IMG/VR virus record: IMGVR_UViG_3300046710_000196
Location: 1 to 40,252 of that record
Length of the DNA stretch: 40,252 nucleotides
Source: a virus
Direction: 5' to 3' (one strand)
Part shown: one piece after another, positions 9,351-17,033 of the stretch
How positions within the stretch are numbered: position 1 is the stretch's first letter
How the letters are laid out: each line of letters begins with the position of its first letter
The notes under the pieces: generated by a model
Told to the model about the DNA's origin: nothing
Seen by the model: the letters and a program-made list of their open reading frames with translations, nothing else
Databases searched by the model: none
Program-made: the position numbers and the translations under genes

Positions 9351-9780
9351 TGTTGATCAGGGTCCGGATAGTCTCGCTCATACCGCCCTCTTGGGCTTTG
9401 AGCCAGTCGATCATCTCCTGTGGCAGCCAGAGGTTGGTGGATTTCATGGCCTCACCGAAATAGGACGGTCGACCGGCTGAGGCTTCCTCGACCACGGCAT
9501 CAAAGGCTTGCCCGTATTCGACCGCGTGCTCTGGGAGATCATCCCAAAGTTGCATTGCTTCTTCCCGGCTGGCCGGGGTAATGTTATCGCGTTCGCCCTG
9601 CCACTGGGTAAGGCGGACCGTGAAAAATGCGCCGCCGCGGGTCTTGTACAAGAATGTGTTATGACCGCCGCGCTCGAAATTGTTTCCATCCCAGTACTCG
9701 TTGTCTGCGATGAGAGTCGCTGTCTTGACGGTGTACCGCTTGCCCGCAATTACTTTTGTCATACTGTCTGATGGGTGCAT
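9316..9780 (-). CDS. Hypothetical protein with a C-terminal ribbon-helix-helix-like segment
   Basis: The strong RBS AAGGAGA lies 6 nt upstream of ATG 9780 (MHPSDSMTKV..), which I prefer over the ORF-track start 9864. The C-terminus NLWLPQEMIDWLKAQEGGMSETIRTLINIAM looks RHH-like. Confidence 0.6.
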   Translation of the reverse strand: MHPSDSMTKVIAGKRYTVKTATLIADNEYWDGNNFERGGHNTFLYKTRGGAFFTVRLTQWQGERDNITPASREEAMQLWDDLPEHAVEYGQAFDAVVEEASAGRPSYFGEAMKSTNLWLPQEMIDWLKAQEGGMSETIRTLINIAMQKNNCHAA

Positions 9781-9839
9781 TTTAATCTCCTTCATTTTTA
9801 TGGTTGCTGCCGGCCTAACCGACCGGCGGGGATAATTGA

Positions 9840-10334
9840 TTACGACTGGCAGTCGCCGTAGCAATAGGAGTGGCAGCGGGGGCAGAGGCCGTTTTTGATC
9901 TGGCGGGCATATTCGGCGGCCTCAAGGTCCAGCTCTTTGTCTGCGGCGGCAGCCTGGGTGATAGCTGCCTGCTCCAGGGCTACCTGCTCATCGGTCTTGG
10001 CGACTTCGGCATCCAACCCGGCGATCATGCTCATGGCCAGGTCATATACATCCTTGTTGACGTAGGCGTCGCTAATCCGGGCAAAGGCGCCAGCGGGAAT
10101 TTTCTGAAACTTGCTAGCTGTGGCGAAAAATGCGAATCCGCCTGGTTTACCAGAGGTCGATACGGTTGCGCCGTTGCGCTTGCTGGTCAGTTTGACTTCA
10201 TAGTTTTCAAAAACTTCCCGCCCGGTGGGGAGATTGTAGCCATCCAGATAAGCTACTTTGTCGCTTACGGTGCGGGTCAGTTTAATCTCGATGATGATGT
10301 TTTCGGTTTGGGTGGTGCGGGTCGCTGTTGTCAT
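9840..10334 (-). CDS. Hypothetical protein (164 aa) with a C-terminal Cys cluster CPRCHSYCYGDC
   Basis: RBS AGGAG lies upstream of ATG 10334. It is the first gene behind the consensus promoter at 10366-10393. Confidence 0.6.
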   Translation of the reverse strand: MTTATRTTQTENIIIEIKLTRTVSDKVAYLDGYNLPTGREVFENYEVKLTSKRNGATVSTSGKPGGFAFFATASKFQKIPAGAFARISDAYVNKDVYDLAMSMIAGLDAEVAKTDEQVALEQAAITQAAAADKELDLEAAEYARQIKNGLCPRCHSYCYGDCQS

Positions 10335-10365
10335 TTGCTCGTCTCCTGATTAGTTGGTTATCTAT

Positions 10366-10393
10366 ATTATATACCGATATATGTTATTGTCAA
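10366..10393 (-). promoter_or_regulatory. Near-consensus sigma70-type promoter (minus strand)
   Basis: The minus strand reads TTGACA (10393-10388), a 16-nt spacer, then TATAAT (10371-10366). It sits in an AT-rich intergenic stretch ~30 nt upstream of the 10334 start. Confidence 0.6.
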
Positions 10394-10429
10394 TAGGTAT
10401 AAGGTAATCTGACTAAAATTGGTATATTT

Positions 10430-10466
10430 GGGATTAAAACAACCCCGGCGGCTATTTGGGCCGCCG
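10430..10466 (-). terminator. Rho-independent terminator downstream of the serine recombinase gene
   Basis: The stem cggcggc/gccgccg (10446-52 / 10460-66) has a 7-nt loop. On the minus strand it is followed by ggggTTGTTTTAAtcc. Confidence 0.55.
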
Positions 10467-10506
10467 AGTATATTTACGGAGATGAGTCGTAAAATTGAGG
10501 GTAAAA

Positions 10507-10555
10507 CTGTATCTATGGAGAGGTGCCCCCAACGGGGCGAAGGATATAGATACAG
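10507..10555. other. 49-bp imperfect palindrome, candidate attP for the adjacent serine recombinase
   Basis: The outer arms are ctgtatctat (10507-16) and atagatacag (10546-55). The inner pair is gcccc/ggggc (10525-29 / 10534-38). It lies 11 bp from the recombinase stop codon. Confidence 0.3.
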
Positions 10556-10565
10556 AACCGGGCAG

Positions 10566-12080
10566 TCAACCATCGGGGATCGGGTTATGGCAGATGATCT
10601 GGCCAAGGATCTGCGCGCCGTCGCGGTCGACGCTGATGCGGGCGACAAAACCATGCAGCAGCCGGCGGACGGTTTCGGGGTCCTGGCTGGCCAGATTCTG
10701 GCGCAGGTTGGCGGCCAGGATCTGGAGCTGGCCCAGGGTGAAATTGGCGGGCGGAGCGGCGCTCTGATCGGTAAGGCGGCTCTGTTCGGCAAGGGCCTCG
10801 GATTCGTCCAGCTCGAGCTGGTGAAGCTTTGCGGTGAGGGCCCGGCCGGGGCCGGCGTCGGCGATGGCGGCGGTGACATTCGAAATGCGCCGGCGGACGT
10901 TGGCCAGGCGCGGGCGGAGGGCGGCGATCTGCTGTTCGAGCTCGGCGGCCTGCCTGGCCTGGCCATGCAGGATGAGGGATTGGATTTCAGCCAGGCTTTC
11001 AGTTGTGATGGCCTCTGCAACGGTAGCGAGCACAGCGGTTTCCAGGGCAGCGCGGGGTATGGGCTTTAGGTCGCAGTCACGCCGGCGGACGGCAGCCGAG
11101 CAGGCATAGCGATCATAGGTGCGGCTGCTGCGTTGAGACGCTCCGGCGCCGAAGAGGGGTGATCCGCAGCGGGCGCAATAGGCCAGGCCGGAGAGGAGAT
11201 ATTTGCTGCCGTCGCGGCGGGGATGGCGGGGATTGCCGCGCCCATTATCCGGAGACAGGTTGCTGTGAGCGGAATGCTGCCGGACCAGGAGCTGGACAGA
11301 ATCCCAAGTGGCCTGGTCGATGATGGGGGCGCAGTAATCCGGGATGACCTGGTCGCCGAATTCGAGGATACCGATATAAATCCGGTTGGCGAAAAAGGTT
11401 GTATAGCTGTTGAGGCTGCCGTAGAGATGGGTGACCTGGTTGATCTCGGCCAGTGAGCGGCCGGCGGCGCGCAGTTCGAAGGCCTGGCGCACCAGCGGAA
11501 TCGTATCCGGATCCGGGACCCAGCGGTGAGCGATGTGGGGCTGGCCATCCCGGCGCCCGGGCAGCTCGACCGGCTGGCGGACGAAACCGCGCGGCGGCGT
11601 CCCGGGCATGGCGCCGTAGGTCAGCACCAGGTGGGCCAGGCCGCGCTTGACGTCCCGGGAAAGGTCACTTAAAAATCTTTCGTTCATCCAGTCGATGGCG
11701 GCCTCGAAGAAGCGACCCTCGGGACCGTCGGGAATATTATCGTTGATGGATAAAACCTTATATCCTCGCCGGCGCAGATCGGCGCGGTAGAACGCGGCGT
11801 CATTCATGTCACGTGAGAAGCGGGACATCTTCCAAATGACCACGCCCTCCTCCGTGCAGCCACCTCGCCGGAAATAATCCATCATGGAAAGGAACCCTTC
11901 CCGGCCCACCACGCTGGAACCCGGGCGAGCCTCATCCTTGAACCAGTGGGTGATGGCAAAGCCGTTCTGAACAGACCAGGCGCGCAGGGCGGCCTCTTGT
12001 TGGGCGGTGGAGAGGTCCTGGGCATCGCCGCCGCTGTCACGCAGGTAGGCGGCGAGGGTATGAATGGGAGAATCGGTCAT
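10566..12080 (-). CDS. Large serine recombinase (integrase)
   Basis: 504 aa. It has an N-terminal resolvase-type domain (AAYLRDSGG.., SRFSRD) and a recombinase domain. It also has a Cys ribbon (CARCGSPLFG...YACS) and a C-terminal coiled coil. Confidence 0.85.
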   Translation of the reverse strand: MTDSPIHTLAAYLRDSGGDAQDLSTAQQEAALRAWSVQNGFAITHWFKDEARPGSSVVGREGFLSMMDYFRRGGCTEEGVVIWKMSRFSRDMNDAAFYRADLRRRGYKVLSINDNIPDGPEGRFFEAAIDWMNERFLSDLSRDVKRGLAHLVLTYGAMPGTPPRGFVRQPVELPGRRDGQPHIAHRWVPDPDTIPLVRQAFELRAAGRSLAEINQVTHLYGSLNSYTTFFANRIYIGILEFGDQVIPDYCAPIIDQATWDSVQLLVRQHSAHSNLSPDNGRGNPRHPRRDGSKYLLSGLAYCARCGSPLFGAGASQRSSRTYDRYACSAAVRRRDCDLKPIPRAALETAVLATVAEAITTESLAEIQSLILHGQARQAAELEQQIAALRPRLANVRRRISNVTAAIADAGPGRALTAKLHQLELDESEALAEQSRLTDQSAAPPANFTLGQLQILAANLRQNLASQDPETVRRLLHGFVARISVDRDGAQILGQIICHNPIPDG

Positions 12081-12247
12081 CTGCTTTTAACCTGGATCAT
12101 TCAGGAAATCCAGTAGACATAAGAGGTGTTATATCCACTGGAATTTTATACAAGCGATTGGGGGGCGTTGAGAGGCATTCTGGGCGGGCTTGGGTCAAAG
12201 AATCGTGTGACCGGGCGGCTGGGGGCGCTGTAGGGCAGGTTTAGGTT

Positions 12248-12910
12248 CTAGTGAGGGATACAACCAGGTAGACAGGATTTTATGCCCGATATTGAAGATG
12301 TAAAGCTGTTGAGATCGTTATTCTCGCTATCAAAATGCGCTTTGATTTGGCTGTCTGTATCCTGGACCATGAAACCGATGAAGCCGTTGATACTTTCGCC
12401 CATGGCGTCTTCCAAGCAACTTTTGGCATATTCTATACAGGGAACCACTTCCAGATTAATCAATTCTTGCCGGATGGATTGCATATTTGCTATTGGGGCG
12501 GATAAGGCGATTCGGCTGGTGCTGTTGGCGAGTTGTTCGGCATCGCCAAACCGGCTCAATATTTTTGTAATATCATCATAGGATTTATCAAAGGCAGACT
12601 GACCGCACCAGGCTTCGATGGTGGCGGTTTGATGGGGATAGATGCCGTATTGGGGAGAATAGAAATAGCCCCAGGCTCCTCCTCCGGCAAGAAGCAGGAA
12701 AACAAGTAAAATGATCGCCCCTGCAATAAAAGGAGGCATCTTGTTTTTAGTTTTGAGAGGAGCAGGGATTGCCGGCTGGAGTGGGGTCTCTTCTTGCTCT
12801 ATCGGTGGTTCTTCTAATGGTTTTGATTCTGTGGGAAGATCTCTACCGCAGAACCGGCAGACAACCGCATCGTCCTGGATCTCTTCGGCGCAAAACGGAC
12901 ACTTTTTCAT
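12248..12910 (-). CDS. Zinc-ribbon membrane protein
   Basis: The N-terminus is [25 protein letters not shown] (CxxC..CxxC). A single TM helix follows ([25 protein letters not shown]). The gene is AT-rich. Confidence 0.65.
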   Translation of the reverse strand: MKKCPFCAEEIQDDAVVCRFCGRDLPTESKPLEEPPIEQEETPLQPAIPAPLKTKNKMPPFIAGAIILLVFLLLAGGGAWGYFYSPQYGIYPHQTATIEAWCGQSAFDKSYDDITKILSRFGDAEQLANSTSRIALSAPIANMQSIRQELINLEVVPCIEYAKSCLEDAMGESINGFIGFMVQDTDSQIKAHFDSENNDLNSFTSSISGIKSCLPGCIPH

Positions 12911-12929
12911 TGTTCCCTCTCTTTCAGGA

Positions 12930-13814
12930 TCAATAATCGATCATGGACTTGAAATCGTCTTCACCTATAATGCGAATGGATTGTCCCTGGGTAATTAATT
13001 CCTCGGTTTTTCTGTGTTTTGAGCTCTTGTTATAACCAGCAAGTTTGCGGGAATCTTGATCGCCGACCACAAGAATGGTTGTATGTTTGTTTACTCCTGC
13101 GTCTATATTGCAACCCATCCGATAGGCTAATTGGGCGGCTTCCATCCTGGTAATGGATAATGCTCCCGTGAAAACAACGACCTCTCCGTAAAGGCTTCCA
13201 TTAGGATCTGGTTCTGAATTTGCAAGAGTTCTGTATCTTTGGTCTGCCATATCAGAATGGGACCTTATAAGCCATTCCTCAATAGAAAGGTTTGTTCGCT
13301 CAATTGCTTTTAAAAACACTCTACCGGCCGTGATCGCATCATCCAAGGCATCGTGAGGCTTTTCGTGGGGAATATTCAACAAAAAAGACAGATTTGTCAG
13401 GGAATATCCGCTTATTCTTACTTCTTCCCAAGTACGCCTTGCAACCCTAGCCGTATCCAGCCATTTACAAGAAAGGGGGCTTCTGTTGAGGTATTCCGCA
13501 CAGCTCCGGAATGCCACTCTGTCGAATGGCATATGGTGGACCACAATGAAGCCTGTTATTTTCCTGGTTATTCGATCATAAAGCTCGGGGAGTTTGATTG
13601 CACCCTGGACCATCTCTGAGGTAATTCCATGTATATCAATATTAATGCTTGCAAAGTCGGTCTCAGGGTTCACGTAAGATTTCCAGGTGTCGACAATTTC
13701 CCCATTTTTAAAATAGGCTAATCCAATTTGACAAATGCTCCAAAAATCTTCATTGGCAGTTTCAACATCCAGGGCAATGAAATCGGGATTGATTTCTTCG
13801 ATATTAGGTAACAT
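12930..13814 (-). CDS. DEDDh 3'-5' exonuclease (DnaQ/epsilon-like) fused to a C-terminal BRCT domain
   Basis: Exo motifs are [20 protein letters not shown] and [11 protein letters not shown]. The BRCT-like C-terminus is [44 protein letters not shown]. Confidence 0.75.
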   Translation of the reverse strand: MLPNIEEINPDFIALDVETANEDFWSICQIGLAYFKNGEIVDTWKSYVNPETDFASINIDIHGITSEMVQGAIKLPELYDRITRKITGFIVVHHMPFDRVAFRSCAEYLNRSPLSCKWLDTARVARRTWEEVRISGYSLTNLSFLLNIPHEKPHDALDDAITAGRVFLKAIERTNLSIEEWLIRSHSDMADQRYRTLANSEPDPNGSLYGEVVVFTGALSITRMEAAQLAYRMGCNIDAGVNKHTTILVVGDQDSRKLAGYNKSSKHRKTEELITQGQSIRIIGEDDFKSMIDY

Positions 13815-13856
13815 GCTTTTCCTTATATAAATCCCCGCATAATTAGAATTATTGTT

Positions 13857-14270
13857 CTATTCCTCTATTAACGCAGTTCGAGCCGGGGCTCCCCTCCGGC
13901 TCGTTCGTTTTTTGATTAGCTTGTCGGGCTGCTTTCGCTTGCCTGCTTTTATTTTTGCAAACTCAATTATATCTTGTCTATCTTCCTCAGTGAGATCGTA
14001 AAAAACATCGTTCCATTGATCCAGCATAGGGACATATTCCGGCTCCGGGTCGATCAATCCCGACAGGCGCAATAAAAACACCTGACCTCCGCCGAATGTT
14101 TTTTCGAGCGCAATTACTGTATCGAAACTCGGCCGATATCCAGCTGAAATAATATCTGAAATTGTTGGGTGGGAAACGCCCACATTCCGGGCGGTTTCCC
14201 GCGTCCCCCAATTTCTTTTTTTCATTTCGGCATTTAGCCAGTCGACAAATTCTCTCGGGGTCTGTTTCAT
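13857..14270 (-). CDS. XRE-family HTH repressor (CI-like)
   Basis: The HTH is WGTRETARNVGVSHPTISDIISAGYRPSFDTV. It is divergent from the RHH gene. I chose start ATG 14270 (MKQTPREF..) because the longer ORF (start 14348) would run through a very AT-rich stretch holding a consensus plus-strand promoter. Confidence 0.7.
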   Translation of the reverse strand: MKQTPREFVDWLNAEMKKRNWGTRETARNVGVSHPTISDIISAGYRPSFDTVIALEKTFGGGQVFLLRLSGLIDPEPEYVPMLDQWNDVFYDLTEEDRQDIIEFAKIKAGKRKQPDKLIKKRTSRRGAPARTALIEE

Positions 14271-14326
14271 ATATAAAATAATAACCAGTTTGGTAGAAGA
14301 TGTTTTATCCAATATGGAAGAAACTA

Positions 14327-14354
14327 TTGACAATTCATAATTACTCATTATAAT
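14327..14354 (+). promoter_or_regulatory. Near-consensus sigma70-type early promoter (plus strand)
   Basis: It reads TTGACA (14327-32), a 16-nt spacer, then TATAAT (14349-54), ~40 nt upstream of ATG 14393. The octamer TGGTAGAA occurs at 14291-98 and 14357-64, which are possible operator half-sites. Confidence 0.6.
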
Positions 14355-14392
14355 AATGGTAGAAACATTTACCGTTTTGGAAGCGAGGATTT

Positions 14393-14626
14393 ATGGCAAA
14401 AAGCATCACTAAAACTTACGCTCTAACCGAGATCGAGATTGAGATAATCTCCAAAAAGGCCGATTCGATGGGCGATTCGTCTGCTAGCGCTGCGCTCCGA
14501 GCCATCATCCGGGAATGGAACTATTTTAACAGCCGACCCGAACCGGCTTGGCGGATGAGCCACAGCCGCATCACGGCTGAGAATCTTACCGAGGCGGACT
14601 TGTCCGCCAGAAGCGAGGCGGCCTGA
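14393..14626 (+). CDS. Small RHH/Cro-like early regulator
   Basis: 77 aa, the first gene of the rightward operon, divergent from the repressor. The N-terminus (KTYALTEIEIEIISKKADSMGDSSASAALRAIIREW) resembles strand-helix-helix. Confidence 0.55.
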   Translation: MAKSITKTYALTEIEIEIISKKADSMGDSSASAALRAIIREWNYFNSRPEPAWRMSHSRITAENLTEADLSARSEAA

Positions 14627-14985
14627 TGGGTAGGAAACGGATGAAATCATCACTTGCCTCCGCAGCAGACGCCCTGCTCGAAGCCAGGCGGTTGCATGGT
14701 TTGCTTATGGCGAGTCAAAACGTGCTGATTGGCAAGTTCGGGGCCGCGATGGCGCAAAACGCCCGGATGAAGTCCGCGCTCATGAAGCTTTCCGCTTTCG
14801 AGCCTGAAACCGATTTCGGTAAATGGGTTTTTGAGACAGCCACGGAAGGATTGCAAGACCTCTCTCCCGAGCCCGAGGAGCCGGCCGCGCTGACATCCGT
14901 CAACCTGGCGGCAAGCGGCGCCGGCATCACCACAGCGGATCTCGCCATGCTGAACCTGACCTCGAGTATCGAGGAGACGAAATGA
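14626..14985 (+). CDS. Hypothetical protein
   Basis: This 119-aa ORF overlaps the upstream gene by 1 nt (TGATG). Confidence 0.55.
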   Translation: MGRKRMKSSLASAADALLEARRLHGLLMASQNVLIGKFGAAMAQNARMKSALMKLSAFEPETDFGKWVFETATEGLQDLSPEPEEPAALTSVNLAASGAGITTADLAMLNLTSSIEETK

Positions 14986-15161
14986 TCCTGGCCATCCTCA
15001 TCTTAATTGGCATATTGTACCTGACGGTAGCGGTGTTCACCTGGTCGCTTTGCCGGGCGGCAGCCGACGCCGACCAACTCATAGAAGAAATGTGGTTGAT
15101 TGAGCGGGCGGGTCAGACCGTTTCCGTAGAAACGGTAGAAAAGCCCGGCGGTGAGCAATGA
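14982..15161 (+). CDS. Small membrane protein (59 aa)
   Basis: Translated by hand: MILAILILIGILYLTVAVFTWSLC... It has an ATGA overlap with the upstream gene. It is below the ORF-track size cutoff. Confidence 0.5.
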   Translation: MILAILILIGILYLTVAVFTWSLCRAAADADQLIEEMWLIERAGQTVSVETVEKPGGEQ

Positions 15162-15324
15162 GCGCTCCCTTAAACGGGGCAACCGTCCTGGGTAAGAGGA
15201 CGGCTGCCGATAGGACGGGGAAAGGTTTGAACTCTCTCTCCCTTTTGAACTCAGTTCGAGTTCTGACACACCCTCACGAAGCAGCCTCATTATATCAGAA
15301 TAATGGGACCGATTCAAGAGGTTG

Positions 15325-15397
15325 TGCCCCCGGTCAGGGTCGAACTGGCATAGGACATTTCGTGAGGATGTCGCACTTTCCATTGTGCTACGGGGGC
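15325..15397 (-). tRNA. tRNA-Val(CAC)-like gene, 73 nt, no encoded CCA
   Basis: I folded the minus strand by hand. The acceptor stem is 7 bp (GCCCCCG/CGGGGGC). U8 and A14 are present. The D stem is GCAC/GUGC with a GG-containing loop. The anticodon loop is CU-CAC-GA, the variable loop is 5 nt, and the T loop is UUCGACC with G53-C61. The discriminator is A73. There are two C/A mismatches, at 31-39 and 50-64. Confidence 0.65.
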
Positions 15398-15405
15398 ACG
15401 CCCTT

Positions 15406-15434
15406 ATTCTATAGGCGATCCCCCGGGAATACAA
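15406..15434 (-). promoter_or_regulatory. Possible promoter for the tRNA-like gene
   Basis: The minus strand reads TTGTAT (15434-29), a 17-nt spacer, then TAGAAT (15411-06), ending ~8 nt before the tRNA 5' end. Confidence 0.35.
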
Positions 15435-15453
15435 GCAACCGAAAGGCGAGGGA

Positions 15454-15609
15454 ATGATGGGTATTTTGCGCTGGCTGATGATCGCCTTGCTGGAGCTGGC
15501 CCTGCCCAGCCGGAAGTGGATCCCGGTGGTGATGGATGGCGAGGTTCGGGTGCGGATCACGCCGGCCGGCCGGGAAGCGCTGGAAGAAGCTCGGCAGGCT
15601 GAACGATGA
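15454..15609 (+). CDS. Small hypothetical protein (51 aa)
   Basis: Translated by hand: MMGILRWLMIALLELALPSRKWIPVVMDGEVRVRITPAGREALEEARQAER. An RBS-like aaaggcgaggga lies upstream. It has an ATGA overlap with the next ORF. Confidence 0.45.
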   Translation: MMGILRWLMIALLELALPSRKWIPVVMDGEVRVRITPAGREALEEARQAER

Positions 15610-15842
15610 AATGGACCACCCATTTTGAAATGGTCCCTATCCCGGTTCCGCCGGAGGCCCGTTTCAGACTCCTGGATGCCCAGCGCATGCTGGCGGAGAT
15701 GATGCGGGTAGAGGCGATCCGGCTCGGCTGGCTGCCGCCGGACCCGGTCCCGGCGGCGCCGGTAACGGCGGTGATAGTCGAACCGGAAGAAACAGAGGCC
15801 GAACTTTTGGCCATGGCAACCATGGCGACCATCGAAGTATAA
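15606..15842 (+). CDS. Hypothetical protein (78 aa)
   Basis: ORF in the plus-strand operon, translationally coupled to the upstream ORF. Confidence 0.5.
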   Translation: MKWTTHFEMVPIPVPPEARFRLLDAQRMLAEMMRVEAIRLGWLPPDPVPAAPVTAVIVEPEETEAELLAMATMATIEV

Positions 15843-15858
15843 GTTGGCGGAGGGAAAC

Positions 15859-15942
15859 ATGTTTTTATCTATCATCTTTGGATTGATCCTTGTCATCCCG
15901 GCCCTCTATTCGACGGGGCGGGACATTCAGAACGATCGCTGA
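15859..15942 (+). CDS. Possible 27-aa membrane peptide
   Basis: The peptide is MFLSIIFGLILVIPALYSTGRDIQNDR, with RBS ggaggga upstream. Very short, so weakly supported. Confidence 0.3.
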   Translation: MFLSIIFGLILVIPALYSTGRDIQNDR

Positions 15943-15947
15943 TCCCG

Positions 15948-17021
15948 ATGGATTTGCCTGAAACAATAGACTTGTCGGAGCCGATGGAACTGGCTACGGT
16001 CGACCGTCCGGAAGGACCGGTTGAAGATTGGGCGCAGGCCTTCGAAGCCTGGCTGGGCGGGATGGCCGTGAATACACAGACGGCCTATAAAGCGGCCTGG
16101 CGGGCGCTGCTGGCCCAATGCCGCCTGAAGCCATGGCAGATCGGGCGGGGCGACGTGGCCCGCTGGGTGGAGTCTTTGCGCCAGAAAGGCCTGGCGGAGA
16201 AAACGATCAACATGCGGGTGGCCGGGATCTCTTCTTTCTTCCGGTATGCCGGAAACGATTTTACTGTTACTCGCAATGGGCGAGAGGAGCCGCTGTTCGC
16301 GGGCCTCAACCCGGCCGGGGCGCGGACGCTGCGGAATAAAGCCGCAGCTTACAAGCGCAGCGGCTTCCTCTCGCCCGAGGAGTCCAGGCTGCTGCTGACG
16401 GTGGTCTCCATGCGGACCGGGATCCAGGCCAAACGAGACTACGCCCTGTTCCTGACCTACCTGATGACGGGCCGACGCAACAGCGAGGTGCGGCAACTGA
16501 AATGGGGCGACCTGGAAACAGCAATGGATGGGAAGGCCTACTACACCTGGTCCGGGAAGGGCCAGACGGACGTGAAGCACGAGCTGCCGGCGCCCTGCCT
16601 GGAAGCGATCCGGGCCTGGCTGGTTGCGGACGGACGGCTGAGGTCGATCCAGCCTGGCGACACCATATTTACGGCCACAAACGACCATGCCAGCCGGCTG
16701 CCGGGCGGAAAAACATGGGCTCCCGGGGCGCCATTGAGCTCGAAGCAGGTGGGCAAGCTGCTCCGGTACTATGCAGCGCTGGGCGGGATCGAAGGCCACA
16801 TCCACGTGCACATGCTCCGCCACTCCGCCGCCATGCTGCGCAAAGCCGTCGGGGATGACGTTGAAGCGATCAGCTCGCAGCTGGTGCATTCGAGCCTGGC
16901 AGTGACGCAAATTTACCTCCATAGTCTGGAAGGCCGGGGCGATGAGAGCTGGGAAAAGGTGGCGGCCTTGCTGGGTGTGCCAATCAAGAATAACAAGATC
17001 CGGAAGAAATCCAAAGAATAG
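15948..17021 (+). CDS. Tyrosine recombinase (phage integrase / Xer-like family)
   Basis: It has an N-terminal SAM-like domain. Catalytic signatures are TGRRNSEV, HMLRHSAA and LVHSSLAVTQIYLH (R..HxxR..H..Y). Confidence 0.85.
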   Translation: MDLPETIDLSEPMELATVDRPEGPVEDWAQAFEAWLGGMAVNTQTAYKAAWRALLAQCRLKPWQIGRGDVARWVESLRQKGLAEKTINMRVAGISSFFRYAGNDFTVTRNGREEPLFAGLNPAGARTLRNKAAAYKRSGFLSPEESRLLLTVVSMRTGIQAKRDYALFLTYLMTGRRNSEVRQLKWGDLETAMDGKAYYTWSGKGQTDVKHELPAPCLEAIRAWLVADGRLRSIQPGDTIFTATNDHASRLPGGKTWAPGAPLSSKQVGKLLRYYAALGGIEGHIHVHMLRHSAAMLRKAVGDDVEAISSQLVHSSLAVTQIYLHSLEGRGDESWEKVAALLGVPIKNNKIRKKSKE

Positions 17022-17033
17022 AGAGGCAAAAGG

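Noticed and set aside
10367-11109. Alternative-frame and antisense ORFs inside the serine recombinase gene (10367..11020 minus, 10419..11069 plus, and others)
   Set aside because: They are Pro/Ala/Arg-rich junk overlapping a 504-aa ORF that has clear resolvase, recombinase and zinc-ribbon features.
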